A stretch of 64,000 nt of DNA from Alphaproteobacteria bacterium. Its GTDB lineage: Bacteria; Pseudomonadota; Alphaproteobacteria; Bin95. Location of the stretch: positions 715,411-779,410 of the forward strand of contig OY730441.1 in assembly GCA_963422665.1 (NCBI GenBank), written 5' to 3'. Under the pieces are notes generated by a model. It did not search any database. It was given only the letters and a program-made list of their open reading frames with translations, and was not told the origin of the DNA. The position numbers and the translations under genes were made by a program. Shown here one piece after another: positions 51,622 to 62,114 of this stretch (within the stretch, counting starts at the first letter, position 1; the number at the start of each line of letters is the position of its first letter).

Positions 51622-52438
51622 GGCCGCGTTCGATAGGGCCGCGCCGACGCCGGCATTCGACAGGGCTGCGCCGGCGCCGGCATTGGGGGCGGAAGCGCCG
51701 CCCGAGGCGCTGCTCCGGGCGCGCGGCCTCTGCTTCGATGCCGGCGGCAAGCGGCTCATCGACGGGATCGATATCGATATCCGCCCCGGCAGGCGCACGG
51801 TGGTGATGGGAGCCAACGGCGCCGGCAAGAGCCTGCTGCTGCGCCTGCTCCACGGCCTGATCCGGCCGACAGCGGGCGAAGTGCTCTGGCAGGAGCGGCC
51901 GCTCAACCGCGAAGGCCGGCTCCGACAGGCGATGGTGTTCCAGCGCCCGGTGCTGCTGCGCCGTTCCGTGCGCGCCAATCTCCGCTTCGCGCTCGCGGTG
52001 CGCGGGCTCACGGGGCCGGAGCGCAGGGCAAGGGAAGCCGAAGCAATGGAACGCTCGCATCTCGGCGACCTGGCGAACCGGCCGGCGCGCGTCCTTTCCG
52101 GAGGCGAGCAGCAGCGCCTTGCGGTCGTACGCGCGCTGGCCTGTGCGCCGCGCCTGCTGTTCCTCGACGAACCGACGGCGAGCCTCGATCCGGGTTCGAC
52201 CCACGCCATCGAGCGGTTGGTGGCCGACGCGCATGAGAGCGGCGTCGCAATCGTGCTCGTCACGCATGACATCGGGCAGGCGCGGCGCCTCGGCGACGAC
52301 CTCGTCTTCCTGCATGGCGGACGGGTCGTGGAAGCCGGGCGCGCGCCGGACCTGCTCGATGCGCCCCGCTCCGAAGCGGCGCGCGCCTGGCTTCAGGGCC
52401 GCCTCTATCTCGACTCCCCGCCCGGGCCTGACGCCTGA
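51614..52438 (+). CDS. tupC: ABC transporter ATP-binding protein, TupC-like
   Basis: It has Walker A (GANGAGKS), LSGGEQQRL and LLFLDEPTASLD. The N-terminus carries a 27-bp tandem duplication (AFDRAAPxPA x2). Confidence 0.78.
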   Translation: MLEAAFDRAAPTPAFDRAAPAPALGAEAPPEALLRARGLCFDAGGKRLIDGIDIDIRPGRRTVVMGANGAGKSLLLRLLHGLIRPTAGEVLWQERPLNREGRLRQAMVFQRPVLLRRSVRANLRFALAVRGLTGPERRAREAEAMERSHLGDLANRPARVLSGGEQQRLAVVRALACAPRLLFLDEPTASLDPGSTHAIERLVADAHESGVAIVLVTHDIGQARRLGDDLVFLHGGRVVEAGRAPDLLDAPRSEAARAWLQGRLYLDSPPGPDA

Positions 52439-52458
52439 AGCGCAACGGCGGAAGCAGT

Positions 52459-53277
52459 ATGTTCCGGCCGATCGTCCTCGCGCTCGCGGCAGCCGGGTTC
52501 ATCGCGTCGGGGCCGGCGGCCGCCGCGGACAGCTTCATCGTCGTCCAGTCGACGACGTCGACGCGGAATTCGGGCCTCTACGACCACATCCTGCCGCTGT
52601 TCCGGGAAAGGACCGGTATCGAGGTGCGGGTCGTCGCAGTCGGCACCGGGCAGGCGATCAGGAATGCGGCCAATGGCGACGGCGACGTGCTGCTCGTCCA
52701 TGCGAAACCCTCCGAGGAAGCGTTCGTGGCGGCAGGCCACGGCATCGCGCGCTTCGACCTCATGCACAACGATTTCGTCATCGTCGGCCCGCCCGCCGAT
52801 CCTGCCGGCATCGCGGGGTCGGAAGATGCTGCGGCGGCGCTGGCCGGGATCGCAAGGGCCGAAGCCTCCTTCGCCTCGCGCGGCGATGACAGCGGCACGC
52901 ACAAGGCCGAACTCGCACTCTGGGCCGAGGCCGGGGTAGACGTGGCGGCAGCCTCGGGCGGCTGGTACCGCGAAACCGGTTCCGGCATGGGCGCCACGCT
53001 CAACATCGGCGCCGGCATGGGCGCCTATGTCCTGACCGACCGCGCCACCTGGACAGGCTTCGGCAACAAGAACGGCCACCGGATCCTCGTCGAGGGCGAC
53101 CCCAGGCTGTTCAACCAGTACGGCATCGTGCTGGTGAATCCGGAGAAACACCCGAATGTCAGGGCCGGTCCCGGCAGGCAATTCGTCGACTGGATGCTCT
53201 CCGAAGAGGGACAGGCGGCGATAGCTTCCTATCGTGTGGACGGCCAGCAGCTCTTCTTCCCCAACGCCGGAAACTGA
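52459..53277 (+). CDS. tupA: tungstate/molybdate ABC transporter substrate-binding protein, TupA-like
   Basis: It has a signal peptide and the TupA-type motif VVQSTTSTRNSGL. Confidence 0.72.
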   Translation: MFRPIVLALAAAGFIASGPAAAADSFIVVQSTTSTRNSGLYDHILPLFRERTGIEVRVVAVGTGQAIRNAANGDGDVLLVHAKPSEEAFVAAGHGIARFDLMHNDFVIVGPPADPAGIAGSEDAAAALAGIARAEASFASRGDDSGTHKAELALWAEAGVDVAAASGGWYRETGSGMGATLNIGAGMGAYVLTDRATWTGFGNKNGHRILVEGDPRLFNQYGIVLVNPEKHPNVRAGPGRQFVDWMLSEEGQAAIASYRVDGQQLFFPNAGN

Positions 53278-53306
53278 CGGGACGCAGGCCGGGCGCCGCC
53301 GGCATG

Positions 53307-54200
53307 TCAGGGCGATAGCCAGCGCACACGGCCGGTTTCGGAGAGGTCGTAGCCGCCCATTGCATCGGCCTTGCGCATCAGGGCGTCGCCGCGAGCGAAG
53401 GCCAGCAGCGTCTGCACCCGGTCGGTAAAGTATGCGCGCCGGTCGATCAGCAGATCGAACCGTTCCCGGACCAGAGGCAGGAACGGCAAATGAAACTGCC
53501 GGGCCATTGCTTCGATGCCCGGGGCCGCATCCGCATCTCCCGCAGCCACGGCGGCCGCTGCATCGCTCTCGGTTCGCGCCAGCTCCGCCGACGGGATCAG
53601 GTCCGCCGCCGCAAGCCCTTCCTTCGACAGAAGCTTCTCGAAGACCGCCGTAGCCCCGGCGCCCGGCTGCCGCATAGCGACCCGCCTGCCCCTGAGATCG
53701 GAAATGCAGCGAACCTCTTCGCACACGCGCTCGGACAGGACGAGGCCGCGAGCCCGCGCAGCCCAAGAGATCAACACCGAGCCCTGCACGCCTCTGCCGG
53801 CAACCGTCCGGACATTCCAGCCTCCCTCTTCCGGGATATGCAGCCCGGCAAGCGCGGCATGGCCGCCGGCGAAGGAGTCCAGTCCGTCGAGGCTCCCGTT
53901 CCAGAGCGTCGCCAGCCCCGAGCCGGACTCGCGCACCGCCCAGTCGAGAAGCGGGTCGTGGGAGCCGGCCAGCACCTCCGGCCGTTCGACGGGAGCCCGA
54001 CCGCCGCCGCCCTCTATCCACGCCAGTATTTCCGTGCGCGGGAAGAGCAGCTTCCCCGTGATCCGCCGGTGCGGAATCCCGCCGGCAGCAGCGAGGTCGT
54101 ACACCTTGCGCTCCCTTACGCGCAGAAGCGCCGCCGCCTCCTTCGTCGTAAGGTAGCGTGGCGGCGTCTCCGGATCGTCTTCGAGCGGTTCTTGCACCAT
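53307..54200 (-). CDS. transcriptional regulator: excisionase/MerR-like HTH fused to a periplasmic-binding-protein-like domain
   Basis: 297 aa (MVQEPLEDDPETPPRYLTTKEAAALLRVRERKVYDLAAAGGIPHRRITGKLLFPRTEILAWIE + PBP-like C-terminal domain). It is adjacent to tupBCA and modABC. Confidence 0.65.
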   Translation of the reverse strand: MVQEPLEDDPETPPRYLTTKEAAALLRVRERKVYDLAAAGGIPHRRITGKLLFPRTEILAWIEGGGGRAPVERPEVLAGSHDPLLDWAVRESGSGLATLWNGSLDGLDSFAGGHAALAGLHIPEEGGWNVRTVAGRGVQGSVLISWAARARGLVLSERVCEEVRCISDLRGRRVAMRQPGAGATAVFEKLLSKEGLAAADLIPSAELARTESDAAAAVAAGDADAAPGIEAMARQFHLPFLPLVRERFDLLIDRRAYFTDRVQTLLAFARGDALMRKADAMGGYDLSETGRVRWLSP

Positions 54201-54314
54201 GGCGCTTACGAATAACATGACCAGCAAGGGAATGCCTGGTTCGGGCGCGGTTGAGGACGGGCGGCAGCGGGGGCAGGATAGAGTCGCAACCGGAGAGGTC
54301 GACAGGCGGGGACG

Positions 54315-55115
54315 ATGAGACTGAAGGACAAGGTGGCGCTGGTGGTCGGCGCAGGACAACAGGCGGGCGACACCGTCGGCAACGGGCGCGTCGCGGCGAT
54401 CCTGCCCGCACGCGAAGGCGCAAGGGTCTTCGCCGTCGATAGCGACCTCGCCTCGGCCGAGGAGACCGCGGCAGCGATCCGCGCAGAGGGCGGCGACTGC
54501 CTTGCGGTGCGGGGCGATGTGACCAGCAACGAGGACTGCGCCGGTTTCGTCCGGGCCTGCACCGACCGGCGCGGGCGCATCGATATCCTGCACTACAATG
54601 CCGGCATCGCCGGAGACGGGCTGGACAGCGACCCGATGCAGCTCCCGGAAGAGGTCTGGGACCGGGTCATGGATGTCAACCTGAAGGGCCTCTACCGCAC
54701 ATCCCGGCTGGTCGTGCCGGTCATGCGCGAACAGCGGTCCGGGGCGATCATCGGGGTGTCGTCGATCTTTTCGATCTGCTCCGTGGACCGGGTGATCTAC
54801 AAGGCGTCGAAAGCCGGCATGAATGCCTTCTGCCACATGCTCGCCAGCACCAATTGGGACTATGGCATCCGCTGCAAAGTCATCATGCCGGGCCTGATGG
54901 ACACGCCGATCTCGATTGGCTACCGCATGCGCAGGGGAGGCGTGTCCGCGGAAGAGGTCCGGGCGGCCCGCAACGCCCAGGTTCCGCTGAACCGCAAGAT
55001 GGGAACGGGGTGGGACACGGCCCATGCCGCGTTGCTCCTCGCTTCCGACGAAGCCCGGTTCATCGCCGGCGTCAACCTGCCGGTCGATGGCGGCATGTCC
55101 GCGCGCATCGGCTGA
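54315..55115 (+). CDS. SDR family oxidoreductase
   Basis: It has VVGAGQQAG, NAG and YKASKAG motifs. Confidence 0.85.
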   Translation: MRLKDKVALVVGAGQQAGDTVGNGRVAAILPAREGARVFAVDSDLASAEETAAAIRAEGGDCLAVRGDVTSNEDCAGFVRACTDRRGRIDILHYNAGIAGDGLDSDPMQLPEEVWDRVMDVNLKGLYRTSRLVVPVMREQRSGAIIGVSSIFSICSVDRVIYKASKAGMNAFCHMLASTNWDYGIRCKVIMPGLMDTPISIGYRMRRGGVSAEEVRAARNAQVPLNRKMGTGWDTAHAALLLASDEARFIAGVNLPVDGGMSARIG

Positions 55116-55133
55116 GCGCGCCTTGCGAACGCC

Positions 55134-58100
55134 ATGACGGACCCGGGAACCGCGTACCGGATCGGCGTCGATGTCGGCGGCACGTTCACCGACTTCGTTC
55201 TGCGCGACGAGGCGTCGGGCCGGGTAGCGGTCCACAAGGTCCCCTCTACCCCCGCCGACCCGTCCGAAGCCGTCAGAAACGGCTTGCCGGCGGTGCTGGA
55301 AATGGCGGGAGCGGGCGCCGCCGGCATGGGGCAGCTTGTCCACGCAACGACGGTCGCGACCAACGCCATCATCCAGCGGCACGGCGCGAAGACCGCGCTG
55401 GTTACCACCCGCGGCTTTCGCGATGTGCTGCTTCTCGGCCGGCAGAAGCGCTACGAGACTTACGACCTCCATATGCGAAAGCCGGATCCCCTGATCCCGC
55501 GCGAGCAGATTTTCGAGGTGAGGGAGCGGGTCAGCTTCGAGGGCGAGGTGCTGGAGCCGCTGGACCCGGAGGACCTCGAAGCCGTCGTCGAGAGCATCGC
55601 CGAAGAGGGCTACGAGGCCGTCGCGGTCGCACTTCTCCACGCCTATGCAAACCCTGCGCATGAGCGGGCCGTCGGCGAGGCCCTGTGTCGGCGGATGCCG
55701 GGTGCGGCGCTCAGCCTCTCCGCCGATGTCTCGCCCAAACTGCGCGAATACGAACGCACCAACACCACGGTCGCCAACAGCTTCGTCAAGCCTCTGGTCG
55801 GCGCTTACGTGCGGCGTCTTGCTGAAGACTTCGCCGCCATCGGCTCGGACGCCGACCTCTCGATCATGCAATCGAACGGCGGGCTCGTCTCGCCGGCGCT
55901 GGCGGGCGAATACCCGGTGCGAATCGTCGAGAGCGGCCCCGCCGCCGGCGTGTTGCTCGCAGGCCAGATCGGCAGGGAACTCGGCGCCGACCGCATCCTC
56001 AGCTTCGACATGGGCGGCACCACGGCGAAACTGGGCGCCATCGACGGAGGCGAGCCGGTGATTGCGCCCGTCTTCGAGGTCGATCCGGTCAAATACAAGA
56101 AGGGGTCCGGCCTGCCGATCAACGTGCCATCGGTCGAACTGGTCGAGATCGGCGCGGGCGGCGGGTCCATCGCGCTGGCGGTGGACGGAGCGGTCCGTGT
56201 CGGGCCGGACAGCGCGGGCGCCGACCCCGGCCCTGCCTGCTACGGCGCAGGCGGCGTCCGGCCCACGGTGACGGATGCGAACCTGGTGCTCGGCTACCTC
56301 AACCCGGCCTATTTCAACGGCGGCGCCATGACCCTCGACGCCAATGCGGCCGCGGCGGCGCTCCGCGAGCATGTCGCCCGGCCCCTGGGGCTGTCCGTCG
56401 AGGAGGCCGCCTGGGGCATCCATCTGGTCGCCACCGGGAACATGGAGCATGCGTTGCGAGTCGTTTCCGTAGAGCGCGGCCGCGATCCGCGCAAATATGC
56501 GCTTGTGGCTTTCGGCGGCGCGGGACCGTTGCATGCAGCCAGGATTGCGCGCGCGCTCGGCGTTGGCCGGGTCGTGGTGCCGAGGGCGGCGGGCGTCGGC
56601 TCCGCCGTCGGTATGCTTGCCGCGGACAGCCGGCTGGACGCCTCCATGACCAGGCTGGTGCGTCTCGACGAGGCGGCGCCGAAAGACATCGCGACAATCT
56701 ATGCGGGGCTCGAGGCGCGGCTGGCGGAGGACCTCGGCCACCTCCCCGGCGCACGCGCTCCCGTCTTCCGGCGGTTCGCCTATATGCGCCATGCCGGGCA
56801 GGGTTTTGAAATCCATGTGGACCTTCCGGACGGCGAGATCGGCGCGGGTTTCCCGGCGGCGTGCGAGGCCGCATTCCGCACGGCCTACAAGGCCCGCTAC
56901 CGCACCGAGGACCCCGCCAGCGCGGTCGAAGGCGTGGATTGGGCGTTGGCGGCCATAGTTTCGAACTCTCGCGGCATATCCGCGGGCGAGGCGAAGGCGC
57001 CGCCAACCGGCGAGCCGCCCGGCTCCAGGCAGGCATGGTTTCCGGAAACGGGCGGCATGACCGAGACGGCGGTCTGGCGGCGCGAGGCCATCGAGCCCGG
57101 CGCCGTTATCGAGGGCCCTGCGATCGTCGAGGACGCCGAGGCGACAACCGTTGTCCTGCCCGGAGACCGCGCCAGGCCCGGGCCGAACGGGCACCTGCTG
57201 ATCGACATAGGGCAAACCGCAGCGCCCGCCGGACAAGACCCGGAAGACCCGGCGCGGTCCGCCGGCGCCGGCCCATGCAGCAGCGCTGGCAAGAGAGCGA
57301 GCGCGGCCGTCGATCCCGTTACCTTCACCGTGATCTGGAATTCGGTCATTTCCGTCGCCGAGGAACTGGGCACGACGATGCGCCACACGGCCTTCAGCGA
57401 AGCGGTGCGCGAGGGCGACGACTTCTCGACGGCGGTGTTCGACGCGAGGGGACGGATGATCGCCCAAGGCAGTTTCTCGCCGGGCCATCTGGGCTCCATG
57501 CCCTTCGTCGTCCGGCATGTGACCGAGGCATATCCACCCGCGGCGCTGAAGCCCGGCGACAGCATCCTGATGAACGACAGCTGGATGGGGTCCGGCCATT
57601 TCCCGGATTTCTTCCAGGTCATGCCGGTTTTCGAAGGAACCGATCTGCTCGGCTACGTCGCCGCGTCGGCGCATCAAATGGATGTAGGCGGCGCGGCGCC
57701 GGGCTCGCAGAAGGTCCACGGCGTGACAGAAGCGTTCCAGGAAGGCTTTCGTATCCTGCCGGTGCGCTTCTGCCGCGAGGGAGAGATCGACCGCGACATC
57801 CTCTCGATGGTGCTTGCCAACACCCGCGTGCCGGACAAGGTTCGCGGCGACGTAATGGCGCAGCACACGGCTAACCTCACCGCCGCCGAACGCTTTCGCC
57901 AGCTCTTCCGCGACCACGGCCGGGCCACGGTCGAGGAGGCTTTCGACCGCATACTCGACCGCAGCGAGGAGCGCATGCGAGCGGCGCTGGCGCGCGTGCC
58001 GCCCGGCACATACAGCTTCGACGACCGGATGGACGATTACGGCCCCGGCACGGAGCCGATCCATTTCGGTGTCGATATCGCCTTTGCCGAGGGGCCTGAC

Positions 58101-58889
58101 GGCGCGGAAGTGACTGTCGATTTCTCCCGCTCCTCGGACCAGGTACCCGCGGCGATCAACAGCTACATCAACTACACCCGCGCCTACGCATACTTCGCGA
58201 TCAAGGTGTTCTGCGACCCGCTCAGCCCGCAGAATGCAGGCGCGATGCGGCCGGTCCGGCTGGTGGCGCGGGAGGGCAGTTTCTTCAATCCCAGATTCCC
58301 CGCGGCTTCCGGCGGCCGGGCCGCATTGCAGGTCCGTATTTTCGACACCATCAACGGCGCGATGGCGCAGGCCGTGCCGGAGCGTGCGATGGGCGCCTTC
58401 AGCCACTGGTCGAACCCGAATATCGGCGGAATCGACGACCGTACCGGCAAGCCCTACGTCTTCTACGACCTGATTCTGGCGGGCTATGGCGGCCGGGCGG
58501 ACAGCGACGGACCGGAAGGGCTCAGTCCGGTAATGAACTGCTCCAACATCCCGGTCGAAGTCCACGAAACCAATTTGCCGGTTCTGATCCACCGGCTGGA
58601 GCTGCTTGACGGCACCGGCGGCGCCGGCAGGCACAAGGGCGGGTCCGGCCTGCGCAAGGATATCGAACTGCTGGCCGGCGAGGGTGTGCTCACCCTGCTC
58701 GGCGACCGCCACGAGAGCCGGCCTTACGGTGTCTTCGGCGGCGAACCCGGCGCTGTAGGGGAAACGGTGCTCAATCCGCACGGCAATGGCGAACGCCTCG
58801 GCTCGAAGGAGATTCGCACGCTCAAGCGCGGCGATGTGCTGAGCATTCGCACCAGCGGCGCCGGGGGCTACGGGAAGCCCGACGAATAG
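55134..58889 (+). CDS. fused hydantoinase/oxoprolinase family protein (HyuA-like N-terminal half + HyuB-like C-terminal half)
   Basis: 1251 aa. The N-terminus GVDVGGTFTDFVL is Hydantoinase_A-type. Confidence 0.85.
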   Translation: MTDPGTAYRIGVDVGGTFTDFVLRDEASGRVAVHKVPSTPADPSEAVRNGLPAVLEMAGAGAAGMGQLVHATTVATNAIIQRHGAKTALVTTRGFRDVLLLGRQKRYETYDLHMRKPDPLIPREQIFEVRERVSFEGEVLEPLDPEDLEAVVESIAEEGYEAVAVALLHAYANPAHERAVGEALCRRMPGAALSLSADVSPKLREYERTNTTVANSFVKPLVGAYVRRLAEDFAAIGSDADLSIMQSNGGLVSPALAGEYPVRIVESGPAAGVLLAGQIGRELGADRILSFDMGGTTAKLGAIDGGEPVIAPVFEVDPVKYKKGSGLPINVPSVELVEIGAGGGSIALAVDGAVRVGPDSAGADPGPACYGAGGVRPTVTDANLVLGYLNPAYFNGGAMTLDANAAAAALREHVARPLGLSVEEAAWGIHLVATGNMEHALRVVSVERGRDPRKYALVAFGGAGPLHAARIARALGVGRVVVPRAAGVGSAVGMLAADSRLDASMTRLVRLDEAAPKDIATIYAGLEARLAEDLGHLPGARAPVFRRFAYMRHAGQGFEIHVDLPDGEIGAGFPAACEAAFRTAYKARYRTEDPASAVEGVDWALAAIVSNSRGISAGEAKAPPTGEPPGSRQAWFPETGGMTETAVWRREAIEPGAVIEGPAIVEDAEATTVVLPGDRARPGPNGHLLIDIGQTAAPAGQDPEDPARSAGAGPCSSAGKRASAAVDPVTFTVIWNSVISVAEELGTTMRHTAFSEAVREGDDFSTAVFDARGRMIAQGSFSPGHLGSMPFVVRHVTEAYPPAALKPGDSILMNDSWMGSGHFPDFFQVMPVFEGTDLLGYVAASAHQMDVGGAAPGSQKVHGVTEAFQEGFRILPVRFCREGEIDRDILSMVLANTRVPDKVRGDVMAQHTANLTAAERFRQLFRDHGRATVEEAFDRILDRSEERMRAALARVPPGTYSFDDRMDDYGPGTEPIHFGVDIAFAEGPDGAEVTVDFSRSSDQVPAAINSYINYTRAYAYFAIKVFCDPLSPQNAGAMRPVRLVAREGSFFNPRFPAASGGRAALQVRIFDTINGAMAQAVPERAMGAFSHWSNPNIGGIDDRTGKPYVFYDLILAGYGGRADSDGPEGLSPVMNCSNIPVEVHETNLPVLIHRLELLDGTGGAGRHKGGSGLRKDIELLAGEGVLTLLGDRHESRPYGVFGGEPGAVGETVLNPHGNGERLGSKEIRTLKRGDVLSIRTSGAGGYGKPDE

Positions 58890-58907
58890 AATCGGAAGGT
58901 TCGGTCG

Positions 58908-60304
58908 ATGGCGGCGGACAGGATGCACCTGCTCGGCTTCATGATGTACACGCCCATCAAACACATGGCGCTTAGCTGGGCGGATCCCGAAGACCGGCAG
59001 ATCGACGGCTTCGGATCGATGGAGCACTGGCAGGACCTCGCCCGGACGATGGAGCGCGGCCGGTTCGACGGCCTGTTCTTCGCCGATGTGCCGGCCGTTT
59101 GCGACTTCTACAAGGACACGACGGATGTCGCGGTCCGGCACGGCGTAAGCTGGCCGGCGCACGATTCCGTAGCGCTCGTCGGCGTCATGGGGGCGGCGAC
59201 CCGGCATCTCGGCATTGCGGTGGCCGTGTCCGTTGCAAGCCAGCACCCGTTCCTGACCGTGAGGTCGCTTTCCAGCCTCGACTACCTGACAGGAGGGCGG
59301 GTCGGGTGGAACATCGTCACGGGCAATGCGAGGTCCGAGCACAGGGCCATGGGGTTCGACGTGATGGACCATGACGAGCGCTACGACCGGGCCGACGAGT
59401 ATATGGAGGTCTGTTACAAGCTTTGGCGGGGCATATCGCCGGACGCCGTGACGGCGGATCGCGCCGGCGGCATTCTGGCGGACCCCTCCAGGGTCGAAAA
59501 ATCACGCATGAAGGACGATATTTCCGTTGTCGCGCCACGCCCTCGGTCCTCCCTTCTCCGCAGGAACGACCGGCGCTCTTCCAGGCCGGATCCTCGGGCC
59601 GGGGACGGCGTTTCGCGGTCGCTCATGCCGATGCGGTCTTCTCCATCCAGCCGGACCTGAAGCGCATGAAGGCGTTCATGGAGCAGATCCGCGCGACGGC
59701 CCGTGAGCGCGGCAGCCCCCGTGAGCCGAATGTCACCTTTGCAGTCCAGCCCTTTGTGGCCGACAGCCGGCAGGAGGCCGTCGCGCGCAGAGACGGGATG
59801 CTGGCGCGCATTCCCGTCGACGCGGCGCTCACGCGCATATCCGGCACGTTCGGCGTCGATCTCGCGACCGTGGATATCGACAAGCCCCTCCAGGAAATCG
59901 ACACGCAGGCTTCCAGGGGGCTCGTCAGGGCAATGTCGAGCATGTTCGGGGACAAGCGGATTTCCCTTCGCGAGGCCGTTCGCCTGTCCGGGCTGGCGGG
60001 GCTCATTCCCCAACTCCTCGGCACGCTCGAGGAGATCGCGGACGGGCTGGAGACCATCTGGCGGGAAACCGGCTGCCTCGGCTTCAACATCACGCCGGCG
60101 GTCGTTCCCGGAGGCTATGAGGATTTCGTGGACCGTGTGGTTCCGATTCTCCAGGAACGCGGCATCTTCCGCCGTGAATATGGGGCGGCGGCGTTCAGGG
60201 GGAACCCGGTCGGCGCGTGGGGTCCGGGATCGGCCGCGCATTATCGCGGAAGGCCGGGCCGGTACGCCCGGATATCGTGCCCCGCAGCGCAGTCCGTCGC
60301 ATAG
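58908..60304 (+). pseudogene. LLM-class flavin monooxygenase (NtaA/SnaA/DszA family), frameshifted in an A-run at 59496..59500
   Basis: The N-terminal ORF runs 58908..59660 and the C-terminal ORF 59423..60304 in the +2 frame. The family motif DPSRVEKITHEGRYF...SPQERPALFQAGSS is restored if A5 is read as A6. Confidence 0.7.
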
Positions 60305-60401
60305 TCCTCGATACTGTAGCGGTGGCCCTGCCCGTCCATCAGGTGGTGGTGGGCATCGACGATCTCCAGCTCCGGCTCCAGCGGGGCTTCCATTATCGCA
60401 T

Positions 60402-62037
60402 TCACGATGCCGCCTCCCTTTTGATGAGCGCCGCCGCCTTTCCCCGATCATGATCGCGGGCGCGTGAAGCGCCGCATTCGGAATTCGCGGAACGATCGAG
60501 GCATCCGCGATCCGCAGACCCTCGACACCGCGCACCCTGAGTTTCGTATCCACGACCGAATCGTCCCTCGGCCCCATCGCGCAGGTTCCGCACTGGTGGT
60601 AGGCGGTTGCGCCATTGCGCCGGATATCCGCTTCCAGGCTCCGGTCGTCCGCCGCCGCTTCGCCCGGCATCGGCTCTCGGTCGATATATTTCGCAATCGC
60701 GGGACGGCGCGTCATGCCCCGCATCCGCTTCACGGCCTTCAGCAGGACCTCCATGTCCCGGGGGTCCGAGAAGTAGCCCGCCTCGATCCGCGGCCGGTCG
60801 AGCGGGTCCGCCGAGCGCAGCGACATCGCACCCCGGCTGGAGGGGAGGGGGGAGCCCCGATAGATATTCAGGCCGAAACCGTGCCGGTCGGGAAGCAGGT
60901 CCCGGATGCGGAAGGCGCTCCGCCGGTCCTGGCAGGTCCGCGCGCGGAGAGCAGCACGACCTGCGCGTCCGGGACTTCAAGGGCCGGGTCGGTGCGGAAA
61001 TAGCCGCCGGCGACGGCATAGGTCTCTGCGAGCGGACCGTTTCCGAACAGAGCGTAGCGGAGCGCTGCCGCGACGGCGTTGTGCGGGCGCAGATGCCGAC
61101 TCGCGGACAACAGGCGCCGAGCAGAGATATTGCAGCCGGTAGCAGGCATGGTTCTGCAGGTTGCCGCCGACATTCCGCGCGTCGCGGACTACCGGAATCC
61201 CGTGTGACGACAGGGCGTCCGCCAGTCCGATGCCCGAGAGCATCAGGAGTTGCGGCGTCTTGATCGCGCCGGCCGACAGGACGACCTCCCGCCGGGCGGA
61301 GATGCGGACCCGCCGGCCGCCGATGAGCGCCTCGACGCCGGACGCCCGGCCGCCTTCCACGACCGCCCGCAGAGCGAGAACGCCCGTGCGGATGTCGAGG
61401 TTGGGCCGTCGCGCCGCCGGTTCGAGATAGGCCGTCGCCGTGCTCATGCGCCGCCCGCCGCCGGCATTGATGTCGTAGAAAGCGAACCCCTCTCCCGCGT
61501 CGGTGTCGAGATCGTCGAGGACCGGGAAGCCGTCTTCCGCCGCCGCGTCCAGGAACGCATCGCAGATCGGCAGATCGGGGCGCGCGCGCCGCATCTTCAC
61601 GGGTCCGGCTCCGCCATGCCACCGTCCGTCGCCTCGCTCGTTCGCCTCCGAGCGCCTGAAATAGGGAAGCAGGTCCTCGAAGGCCCAGCCGGCACACCCA
61701 TCTGCCGCCAGATGTCGTATCCGCGCGGGTGGCCCCGCGTGTAGATCATGCCGTTGATGCTGCTCGACCCGCCCAACACCCGGCCCTGAAGCCAGGTGAG
61801 CGCGCGGTTGTCCATCTCCGGGACCGGATCCGCCTCGAATCCCCAATTGAACCCGGGATGGTTCGCGGCGGCAAAGCCGAGACCGGGGAGCCGGAGCAGC
61901 GGACTGCTGTTGCGCCCGCCCGCCTCCGGCAACATGACCGAAATGTCCGGATCCTCCGAGAGCCGGGCAGCGACCACGGACCCTGCCGCCCCGGACCCGA
62001 CGACCAGATAGTCGCAGGACAACGAACGGTCCGTCAT
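60402..62037 (-). pseudogene. GMC-family (choline-dehydrogenase-like) oxidoreductase with at least 3 frame changes
   Basis: The N-terminus DYLVVGSGAAGSVVAARLSED and the C-terminus HQCGTCAMG...IMIGE then KAAALIKREAAS* sit in different frames. The last shift is in an A-run at about 60439. Confidence 0.7.
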
Positions 62038-62088
62038 GGCACCGTCTCCTGTACTCCGATTTCCCGTCTCCCGGCACCCCGCGAAAAT

Positions 62089-62114
62089 GTCATGATATGT
62101 CATGTTTCGTCATG
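62089..62114 (+). promoter_or_regulatory. three direct GTCATG hexamers at exact 10-bp spacing, about 50 bp upstream of the GMC start (opposite strand)
   Basis: GTCATGatatGTCATGtttcGTCATG. Confidence 0.5.

Noticed and set aside
53307-59372. A 2021-aa ORF and other giant ORFs in the track (6235..10092+, 9723..12716+, 25349..27874-, 46673..49549+, 670..2937-, 517..2940+)
   Set aside because: These are stop-poor alternative frames of GC-rich DNA. They overlap well-supported genes on the other strand or frame and show low-complexity Arg/Ala/Gly/Pro composition.
46662-62114. A 15.4-kb segment bounded by inverted about 34-bp (GTCATG)x3 arrays, as a possible transposon with terminal inverted repeats
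   Set aside because: There is no transposase or integrase between the arrays. Each array lies immediately upstream of an outward-facing gene, so paired promoter-proximal regulator sites explain the inversion more simply.
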